From: Nemertoderma westbladi
Lineage: Eukaryota > Animalia > Xenacoelomorpha
DNA length: 42,212 bases
Assembly: GCA_032718475.1 (NCBI GenBank)
Contig: JAUCBJ010000387.1
Coordinates: forward strand, 1-42,212
Direction: 5' to 3'
A model generated the notes under the pieces. It was not told the DNA's origin and did no database searches. It saw only the letters and a program-made list of their open reading frames with translations. Positions 10,201 through 22,200 of this stretch are shown piece after piece. A program made the position numbers and the translations under genes. How positions within the stretch are numbered: the stretch's first letter is position 1; every line of letters begins with the position of its first letter.

Positions 10201-13200
10201 GGTGGCGCAATTTTGTCGACAAGCCGGCACAGCCAATCTTAATATATATGTAATATATAATGCAGCTGCAATGCAGTATGCCGATCGTAGTAGAGGTAGT
10301 AGTATCATAGTACATTGATATTAAACTCATATAACTGAAGACGTCGGTAATTTATATATTATCTTCATATTTCCCTACATAAGATAAGATACGCTGCTGA
10401 ATGTGTTAGATTATTTTAATAAGATAGGAGTTATTTACTTATTTTTGTAGCAGCATGGTTAGAATTTTTTAATCAAATTTAAATTCCAAAACATAGTTCA
10501 TATATTCTAACTCACACCCAAGTTACATTTCCCATGTTATTATATTAATTTTCAGATTTACCGCACAATTTCTCCGACAAAAAGCAAGGGACGGTATGAT
10601 AGACGGCCAGAGTTTCACTCTGGGCGCCAAGTTGTCCATAAACGATGATTCTGTATCCTGGACATCCGGTACAATAGCTGTATACAAATACAGCGGAACG
10701 CCTACAAGTTCCGAAGTGAGTATAGTCCTTCGAAAACATATCCTTCCTCGCCTAAATTTGTTAATTATTAGCTTAAACTGCTTGAATAATTTAGACTAGG
10801 GCGCCAAATAAACACATTGGAATTCTAATATATTTATAAGTGAAATATTTTATATTTCAGGGGGATATTGATCCCATTATAGAGTTTTCTAGAGCTTCTC
10901 CTGAGCTGACCAAGCCAATAAGGGGTCACACATTCATGATGTATTTAGATCTTTATTTAGTGCCAGGGACAGTTAAAGATTATAAGGTAAGTAAGCGAAG
11001 GTACCGTACCGTACCGTACCACACTACATACAACTATCATTTGCAAATTAATCATTCGAGTTTTATGGAATTAGCGTTTTTACACTGTTGAATATAAAAA
11101 ATTTGACAGCGTTTATATAAGGTATTATTTTTTGTATCTTCGCAAGTGAATTATAAAAAGTTTTTCTGCAACTGTTTTGTCTGCAAATTTAAGAATTATA
11201 TTTTCAGAATGTAAGTAATATTTACCTGCGAAGTGCAACTATAGGTTATAACCTTTTGGCCTAATTTTTGTCTTTTATTAAATATTTTTTAGGTGAAGGT
11301 GGAAGTGGATCAGGTTCGCCCAAGATCGATATCGGTGTGCGACATACGTTTGTTATCGGTTGGTAACAACATGCCCTGTCTCAACCGAACCAACATAGAG
11401 TCGAGTAAACGATTCACAATAAGCGAAGATAAATCGCAGAAACAATTCATTAAAGGAATCCATCTCGACATCGGAATAACCTGCAACTCGGAATCTGTTA
11501 AGGACTTTCCTGTAAAAGATTTCAATAACTTGGTAAGCGTTGTATGTAGGCCAATTGTCAAGGCTCGCCCTGACTGCGTGGCTCGCCTTACTAAATATTA
11601 GGTTTTTTATGCTTTAAGATTATGAAGTAGAGACCTACATTTAATATTATTTATTAATATAAACTGAATATCACCAATATCTATCTAATTTCCTTAGGCT
11701 AGGTTTGAACTAACGCTATTAATTAGCGACGACCCCTTTATCGTTCCCCCTACTATTGACACTGTGTTAATATCGGGTTTCCTATACTACGGAGGTCTGC
11801 TGACCGCGGACAGCCCAATAACATACGATATAGAGGTGAGATCAATACACAAAGCTCTCATAAATATTAGTGCCAAGCAATATTACCTGATGAGAGAGAA
11901 AAAGTGAAAGAAACTAAACAAAAAACAGATAGTAAGGGGTAACTGGGAAACAACACCACAAACTTATGTTATGCTAATTATATTGGACTGTTGTGTTTCT
12001 ATTTTTATTAATTACTATCGAAATATAAGAAAGAACTCGATTCGATGTTTGTTGGAATACCAACCATTCCGGCCAATTAGATTGGTTTTGTAAGGTTGTT
12101 CGAACGAGTTTGCAAAATTAAATAATAATAAGTAAAGATTATAAAAGCTGGGACCTCAGGGCATTAAGGACTCCCAGCATTACCAGCTGGGCCCTCAGGG
12201 CATTAAGGACTCCCAGCATTACCAGCCGGGACCTCAGGGCATTAAGGACTCCCAGCATTACCAGCCGGGACCTCAGGGCATTAAGGACTCCCAGCATTAC
12301 CAGCCTTTTTAAATGAAAGTTTTATTTGAGTTCTAGAAATTTCCACCAAATTTTTTAATGAAATGGGTTTTTTGGGAAAATTAATGTTTTGTGACCGGTG
12401 TAGGAGGTACCAGGTACTACCGTAGTGCTTGGCTGCCTGATACACCGGTCCTAATACCTGAGAATTTAAGCGTGCTATATAAAAGCGGCTAATATTTACA
12501 CCATTGTAGCTGGAAAATGATACAAGCAATCAACATTTAGCCGAACTTCCACCGTGCGAGTTGGAGAGATTAAATAAAGAAGGGGAGCCACTCGGAGCCA
12601 GAGAAACGGTTTCATATCGGATAACCATGCCAATACCGGAGATGTACAGGTATTCATTCGGTGGTGATAACAGGAAACCGCTACTTATATAACAGATAAC
12701 CTGCCCACCTTGTTTACATGGTCCTTGAATTAATTTCAGTTAACCTACAACCGTTGCTATGGACCTACCTGTTTATGTTGTCTAGTAATTACTTACAGTG
12801 AGTGAACCTACAACCGCTGCTATGGACCTACCTGTTTATGTGGTCTATTAATTACTTGCAATGAACCTACAACCGTTGCTATGGACCTACCTGTTTATGT
12901 TGTCTATTAATTACTTGCAATGAACCTACACCCGTTGCTGTGGACCTACCTGTTTATGTTGTCTATTAATTACTTGCAGTGAACCTACAACTGTTGCTGT
13001 GGACCTACCTGTTTATGTTGTCTATTAATTACTTGCAGTGAACCTACAACCGTTGCTGTGGACCTACCTGTTTAGGTTGTCTATTAATTACTTGCAATGA
13101 ACCTACAACCGTTGCCGTGGAACTACCTGTTTATGTTGTCTATTAATTACTTGCAGTGAACCTACAACTGTTGCTGTGGACCTACCTGTTTATGTTGTCT

Positions 13201-16200
13201 ATTAAATACTTACAGTGAACCTACAACCGTTGTTGTGGACCTACCTGTTTAGGTTGTCTATTAATTACTTGCAGTGAACCTACAACCGTTGCTGTGGACC
13301 TACCAGTTTATGTTGTCTATTAAATACTTGCAATGAACCTACAACCGTTGTTGTGGACCTACCTGTTTATGTTGTCTATTAATTACTTGCAATGAACCTA
13401 CAACTGTTGCTGTGGACCTACCTGTTTATGTTGTCTATTAATTACTTGCAGTGAACCTACAACTGTTGCTGTGGACCTACCTGTTTATGTTGTCTATTAA
13501 TTACTTGCAGTGAACCTACAACTGTTGCTGTGGACCTACCTGTTTATGTTGTCTATTAATTACTTGCAGTGAACCTACAACTGTTGCTGTGGACCTACCT
13601 GTTTATGTTGTCTATTAATTACTTGCAGTGAACCTACAACCGTTGCTGTGGACCTACCTGTTTATGTTGTCTATTAATTACTTGCAGTGAACCTACAACT
13701 GTTGCTGTGGACCTACCTGTTTATGTTGTCTATTAATTACTTACAGTGAACCTACAACCGTTGTTGTGGACCTACCTGTTCATGTTGTCTATTAATTACT
13801 TCCAATGAACCTACAACCGTTGCCGTGGAACTACCTGTTTATGTTGTCTATTAATTACTTGCAGTGAACCTACAACTGTTGCTGTGGACCTACCTGTTTA
13901 TGTTGTCTATTAAATACTTACAGTGAACCTACAACTGTTGCTGTGGACCTACCTGTTTATGTGGTATATTAATTACTTGCAATGAACCTACAACCGTCGC
14001 TATGGACCTACCTGTTTATGTTGTCTATTAATTACTTGCAGTGAACCTACAACCGTTGCTGTGGACCTACCTGTTTATGTTGTCTATTAATTACTTGCAG
14101 TGAACCTACAACCGTTGCTGTGGACCTACCTGTTTATGTTGTCTATTAATTACTTGCAGTGAACCTACAACCGTTGCTGTGGACCTACCTGTTTATGTTG
14201 TCTATTAATTACTTGCAATGAACCTACAACCGTTGCTGTGGACCTACCTGTTTATGTTGTCTATTAATTACTTGCAGTGAACCTACACCCGTTGCTATGG
14301 ACCTACCTGTTTATGTTGTCTATTAATTACTTGTAGTGAACCTACAACTGTTGCTGTGGACCTACCTGTTTATGTTGTCTATTAATTACTTGCAGTGAAC
14401 CTACACCCGTTGCTATGGACCTACCTGTTTATGTTGTCTATTAATTACTTGTAGTGAACCTACAACTGTTGCTGTGGACCTACCTGTTTATGTTGTCTAT
14501 TAAATACTTACAGTGAACCTACAACTGTTGCTGTGGACCTAGCTGTTTATGTTGTCTATTAATTACTTGCAGTGAACCTACACCCGTTGCTATGGACCTA
14601 CCTGTTTATGTTGTCTATTAATTACTTGTAGTGAACCTACAACTGTTGCTGTGGACCTACCTGTTTATGTTGTCTATTAAATACTTACAGTGAACCTACA
14701 ACTGTTGCTGTGGACCTACCTGTTTATGTTGTCTATTAATTACTTGTAGTGAACCTACAACCGTTGCTGTGGACCTACCTGTTTATGTTGTCTATTAATT
14801 ACTTGCAGTGAACCTACAACTGTTGCTGTGGACCTACCTGTTTATGTTGTCTATTAATTACTTGCAGTGAACCTACAACCGTTGCTGTGGACCTACCTGT
14901 TTATGTTGTCTATTAATTACTTGCAGTGAACCTACAACTGTTGCTGTGGACCTACCTGTTTATGTTGTCTATTAATTACTTACAGTGAACCTACAACCGT
15001 TGTTGTGGACCTACCTGTTCATGTTGTCTATTAATTACTTGCAGTGAACCTACAACTGTTGCTGTGGACCTACCTGTTTATGTTGTCTATTAATTACTTG
15101 CAGTGAACCTACAACCGTTGCTGTGGACCTACCTGTTTATGTTGTCTATTAATTACTTGCAGTGAACCTACAACTGTTGCTGTGGACCTACCTGTTTATG
15201 TTGTCTATTAATTACTTGCAGTGAACCTACAACTGTTGCTGTGGACCTACCTGTTTATGTTGTCTATTAATTACTTACAGTGAACCTACAACCGTTGTTG
15301 TGGACCTACCTGTTCATGTTGTCTATTAATTACTTGCAGTGAACCTACAACTGTTGCTGTGGACCTACCTGTTTATGTTGTCTATTAATTACTTGCAGTG
15401 AACCTACAACCGTTGCTGTGGACCTAACTGTTTAGGTTGTCTATTAATTACTTGCAGTGAACCTACAACTGTTGCTGTGGACCTACCTGTTTATGTTGTC
15501 TATTAATTACTTACAGTGAACCTACAACCGTTGTTGTGGACCTACCTGTTCATGTTGTCTATTAATTACTTGCAGTGAACCTACAACTGTTGCTGTGGAC
15601 CTACCTGTTTATGTTGTCTATTAATTACTTGCAGTGAACCTACAACCGTTGCTGTGGACCTACCTGTTTATGTTGTCTATTAATTACTTGCAGTGAACCT
15701 ACAACTGTTGCTGTGGACCTACCTGTTTATGTTGTCTATTAATTACTTGCAGTGAACCTACAACTGTTGCTGTGGACCTACCTGTTTATGTTGTCTATTA
15801 ATTACTTACAGTGAACCTACAACCGTTGTTGTGGACCTACCTGTTCATGTTGTCTATTAATTACTTGCAGTGAACCTACAACTGTTGCTGTGGACCTACC
15901 TGTTTATGTTGTCTATTAATTACTTGCAGTGAACCTACAACCGTTGCTGTGGACCTAACTGTTTAGGTTGTCTATTAATTACTTGCAGTGAACCTACAAC
16001 TGTTGCTGTGGACCTACCTGTTTATGTTGTCTATTAATTACTTGCAATGAACCTACAACTGTTGCTGTGGACCTACCTGTTTATGTTGTCTATTAATTAC
16101 TTGCAGTGAACCTACAACCGTTGCTATGGACCTACCTGTTTATGTTGTCTATTAATTACTTGCAGTGAACCTACAACTGTTGCTGTGGACCTACCTGTTT

Positions 16201-19200
16201 ATGTTGTCTATTAATTACTTACAGTGAACCTACAACCGTTGTTGTGGACCTACCTGTTCATGTTGTCTATTAATTACTTCCAATGAACCTACAACCGTTG
16301 CCGTGGAACTACCTGTTTATGTTGTCTATTAATTACTTGCAGTGAACCTACAACTGTTGCTGTGGACCTACCTGTTTATGTTGTCTATTAAATACTTACA
16401 GTGAACCTACAACCGTTGTTGTGGACCTACCTGTTTAGGTTGTCTATTAATTACTTGTAGTGAACCTACAACCGTTGTTGTGGACCTACCTGTTTATGTT
16501 GTCTATTAATTACTTCCAATGAACCTACAACCGTTGCCGTGGAACTACCTGTTTATGTTGTCTATTAAATACTTACAGTGAACCTACAACCGTTGTTGTG
16601 GACCTACCTGTTTATGTTGTCTATTAATTACTTGCAATGAACCTACAACCGTTGTTGTGGACCTACCTGTTTATGTTGTCTATTAATTACTTGCAATGAA
16701 CCTACAACTGTTGCTGTGGACCTACCTGTTTATGTTGTCTATTAATTACTTGCAATGAACCTACAACCGTTGTTGTGGACCTACCTGTTTATGTTGTCTA
16801 TTAATTACTTGCAATGAACCTACAACTGTTGCTGTGGACCTACCTGTTTATGTTGTCTATTAATTACTTGCAATGAACCTACAACCGTTGCTGTGGACCT
16901 ACCTGTTTATGTTGTCTATTAATTACTTGCAATGAACCTACAACCGTTGTTGTGGACCTACCTGTTTATGTTGTCTATTAATTACTTGCAATGAACCTAC
17001 AACTGTTGCTATGGACCTACCTGTTTATGTTGTCTATTAATTACTTGTAGTGAACCTACAACCGTTGCTGTGGACCTACCAGTTTATGTTGTCTATTAAT
17101 TACTTGCAATGAACCTACAACCGTTGTTGTGGACCTACCTGTTTATGTTGTCTATTAATTACTTGCAATGAACCTACAACTGTTGCTGTGGACCTACCTG
17201 TTTATGTTGTCTATTAATTACTTGTAGTAAACCTACAACCGTTGTTGTGGACCTACCTGTTTATGTTGTCTATTAATTACTTGCAGTGAACCTACAACCG
17301 TTGTTGTGGACCTACCTGTTTAGGTTGTCTATTAATTACTTGCAATGAACCTACAACCGTTGCCGTGGAACTACCTGTTTATGTTGTCTATTAATTACTT
17401 GCAGTGAACCTACAACTGTTGCTGTGGACCTACCAGTTTATGTTGTCTATTAATTACTTGCAATGAACCTACAACCGTTGTTGTGGACCTACCTGTTTAT
17501 GTTGTCTATTAATTACTTGCAATGAACCTACAACTGTTGCTGTGGACCTACCTGTTTATGTTGTCTATTAATTACTTGCAATGAACCTACAACCGTTGTT
17601 GTGGACCTACCTGTTTATGTTGTCTATTAATTGCTTGCAATGAACCTACAACCGTTGCTGTGGACCTACCAGTTTATGTTGTCTATTAATTACTTGCAAT
17701 GAACCTACAACCGTTGTTGTGGACCTACCTGTTTATGTTGTCTATTAATTACTTGCAATGAACCTACAACTGTTGCTGTGGACCTACCTGTTTATGTTGT
17801 CTATTAATTACTTGTAGTAAACCTACAACCTTTGCTATGGACCTACCTGTTTAGGTTGTCTATTAATTACTTGCAGTGAACCTACAACCGTTGCTATGGA
17901 CCTACCTGTTTATGTTGTCTATTAATTACTTGCAGTGAACCTACAACTGTTGCTGTGGACCTACCTGTTTATGTTGTCTATTAATTACTTACAGTGAACC
18001 TACAACCGTTGTTGTGGACCTACCTGTTCATGTTGTCTATTAATTACTTCCAATGAACCTACAACCGTTGCCGTGGAACTACCTGTTTATGTTGTCTATT
18101 AATTACTTGCAGTGAACCTACAACTGTTGCTGTGGACCTACCTGTTTATGTTGTCTATTAAATACTTACAGTGAACCTACAACCGTTGTTGTGGACCTAC
18201 CTGTTTAGGTTGTCTATTAATTACTTGTAGTGAACCTACAACCGTTGTTGTGGACCTACCTGTTTATGTTGTCTATTAATTACTTCCAATGAACCTACAA
18301 CCGTTGCCGTGGAACTACCTGTTTATGTTGTCTATTAAATACTTACAGTGAACCTACAACCGTTGTTGTGGACCTACCTGTTTATGTTGTCTATTAATTA
18401 CTTGCAATGAACCTACAACCGTTGTTGTGGACCTACCTGTTTATGTTGTCTATTAATTACTTGCAATGAACCTACAACTGTTGCTGTGGACCTACCTGTT
18501 TATGTTGTCTATTAATTACTTGCAATGAACCTACAACCGTTGTTGTGGACCTACCTGTTTATGTTGTCTATTAATTACTTGCAATGAACCTACAACTGTT
18601 GCTGTGGACCTACCTGTTTATGTTGTCTATTAATTACTTGCAATGAACCTACAACCGTTGCTGTGGACCTACCTGTTTATGTTGTCTATTAATTACTTGC
18701 AATGAACCTACAACCGTTGTTGTGGACCTACCTGTTTATGTTGTCTATTAATTACTTGCAATGAACCTACAACTGTTGCTATGGACCTACCTGTTTATGT
18801 TGTCTATTAATTACTTGTAGTGAACCTACAACCGTTGCTGTGGACCTACCAGTTTATGTTGTCTATTAATTACTTGCAATGAACCTACAACCGTTGTTGT
18901 GGACCTACCTGTTTATGTTGTCTATTAATTACTTGCAATGAACCTACAACTGTTGCTGTGGACCTACCTGTTTATGTTGTCTATTAATTACTTGTAGTAA
19001 ACCTACAACCGTTGTTGTGGACCTACCTGTTTATGTTGTCTATTAATTACTTGCAGTGAACCTACAACCGTTGTTGTGGACCTACCTGTTTAGGTTGTCT
19101 ATTAATTACTTGCAATGAACCTACAACCGTTGCCGTGGAACTACCTGTTTATGTTGTCTATTAATTACTTGCAGTGAACCTACAACTGTTGCTGTGGACC

Positions 19201-22200
19201 TACCAGTTTATGTTGTCTATTAATTACTTGCAATGAACCTACAACCGTTGTTGTGGACCTACCTGTTTATGTTGTCTATTAATTACTTGCAATGAACCTA
19301 CAACTGTTGCTGTGGACCTACCTGTTTATGTTGTCTATTAATTACTTGCAATGAACCTACAACCGTTGTTGTGGACCTACCTGTTTATGTTGTCTATTAA
19401 TTGCTTGCAATGAACCTACAACCGTTGCTGTGGACCTACCAGTTTATGTTGTCTATTAATTACTTGCAATGAACCTACAACCGTTGTTGTGGACCTACCT
19501 GTTTATGTTGTCTATTAATTACTTGCAATGAACCTACAACTGTTGCTGTGGACCTACCTGTTTATGTTGTCTATTAATTACTTGTAGTAAACCTACAACC
19601 TTTGCTATGGACCTACCTGTTTAGGTTGTCTATTAATTACTTACAGTGAACCTACAACCGTTGTTGTGGACCTACCTGTTTAGGTTGTCTATTAATTACT
19701 TGCAGTGAACCTACAACCGTTGCTGTGGACCTACCAGTTTATGTTGTCTATTAAATACTTGCAATGAACCTACAACCGTTGTTGTGGACCTACCTGTTTA
19801 TGTTGTCTATTAATTACTTGCAATGAACCTACAACTGTTGCTGTGGACCTACCTGTTTATGTTGTCTATTAATTACTTGTAGTAAACCTACAACCGTTGT
19901 TGTGGACCTACCTGTTTATGTTGTCTATTAATTACTTGCAGTGAACCTACAACCGTTGTTGTGGACCTACCTGTTTATGTTGTCTATTAATTACTTGCAA
20001 TGAACCTACAACCGTTGCTGTGGACCTACCTGTTTATGTTGTCTATTAATTACTTCTAGTGAACCTACAACCGTTGCTGTGGACCTACCTGTTTATGTTG
20101 TCTATTAATTACTTGTAGTGAACCTACAACCGTTGCTGTGGACCTACCTGTTTATGTTGTCTATTAATTACTTGTAGTGAACCTACAACCGTTGCTGTGG
20201 ACCTACCTGTTTATGTTGTCTATTAATTACTTGTAGTGAACCTACAACCGTTGCTGTGGACCTACCTGTTTATGTTGTCTATTAATTACTTGTAGTGAAC
20301 CTACAACCGTTGCTGTGGACCTACCTGTTTATGTTGTCTATTAATTACTTGTAGTGAACCTACAACCGTTGCTGTGGACCTACCTGTTTATGTTGTCTAT
20401 TAATTACTTGTAGTGAACCTACAACCGTTGCTATGGACCTACCAGTTTATGTGGTGTATTAATTACTTGCAATGAACCTACAACCGTTGCTGTGGACCTA
20501 CCAGTTTATGTTGTCTATTAATTACTTGCAATGAACCTACAACCGTTGTTGTGGACCTACCTGTTTATGTTGTCTATTAATTACTTGTAGTGAACCTACA
20601 ACCGTTGCTATGGACCTACCTGTTTATGTTGTCTATTAAATACTTGCAATGAACCTACAACCGTTGTTGTGGACCTACCAGTTTATGTTGTCTATTAATT
20701 ACTTGCAATGAACCTACAACCGTTGTTGTGGACCTACCTGTTTATGTTGTCTATTAATTACTTGCAATGAACCTACAACTGTTGCTGTGGACCTACCTGT
20801 TTATGTTGTCTATTAATTACTTGTAGTAAACCTACAACCGTTGTTGTGGACCTACCTGTTTATGTTGTCTATTAATTACTTGCAGTGAACCTACAACCGT
20901 TGCTGTGGACCTACCTGTTTATGTTGTCTATTAATTACTTGTAGTGAACCTACAACCGTTGTTGTGGACCTACCTGTTAATCTTGTCTATTAATTACTTG
21001 TAGTGAACCTACAATCGTTGCGGTGTAACTACCAGTTTATGTGGTCTATTAATTACTTACAGTGAACCTACAACCGTTGTTGTGGACCTACCTGTTAATC
21101 TTGTCTATTAATTACTTGTAGTGAACCTACAACCGTTGTTGTGGACCTACCCTTTTATGTTGTCCATTAATTACTTGCAATGGACCTACAACCGTTGCCG
21201 TGGAACTACCTGTTTATGTTGTCCATTAATTACTTGCAATGAACCTACAACCGTTGCCGTGGAACTACCTGTTTATGTTGTCTATTAATTACTTGCAGTG
21301 AACCTACAACTGTTGCTGTGGACCTACCTGTTTATGTTGTCTATTAATTACTTGTAGTGAACCTACAACCGTTGCTATGGACCTACCAGTTTATGTGGTG
21401 TATTAATTACTTGCAATGAACCTACAACCGTTGCTGTGGACCTACCTGTTTATGTTGTCCATTAATTACTTGCAATGAACCTACAACCGTTGCCGTGGAA
21501 CTACCTGTTTATGTTGTCTATTAATTACTTGCAGTGAACCTACAACTGTTGCTGTGGACCTACCTGTTTATGTTGTCTATTAATTACTTGTAGTGAACCT
21601 ACAACCGTTGCTGTGGACCTACCTGTTTATGTTGTCTATTAATTACTTGTAGTGAACCTACAACCGTTGCTGTGGACCTACCTGTTTATGTTGTCTATTA
21701 TTTACTTGTAGTGAACCTACAACCGTTGCTGTGGACCTACCTGTTTATGTTGTCTATTAATTACTTGCAATGAACCTACAACCGTTGTTGTGGACCTACC
21801 TGTTTATGTTGTCTATTAATTACTTGTAGTGAACCTACAACCGTTGCTGTGGACCTACCTGTTTATGTTGTCTATTAATTACTTGTAGTGAACCTACAAC
21901 CGTTGCTGTGGACCTACCTGTTTATGTTGTCTATTAATTACTTGTAGTGAACCTACACCCGTTGCTGTGGACCTACCTGTTTATGTTGTCTATTAATTAC
22001 TTGTAGTGAACCTACAACCGTTGCTGTGGACCTACCTGTTTATGTTGTCTATTAATTATTTGCAATGAACCTACAACCGTTGTTGTGGACCTACCTGTTT
22101 ATGTTGTCTATTAATTACTTGTAGTGAACCTACAACCGTTGCTGTGGACCTACCTGTTTATGTTGTCTATTAAATACTTGTAGTGAACCTACACCCGTTG

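Noticed and set aside
11886-11915. CTGATGA...GAAAC hammerhead-like core
   Set aside because: The intervening sequence is almost all purine and cannot form stem II.
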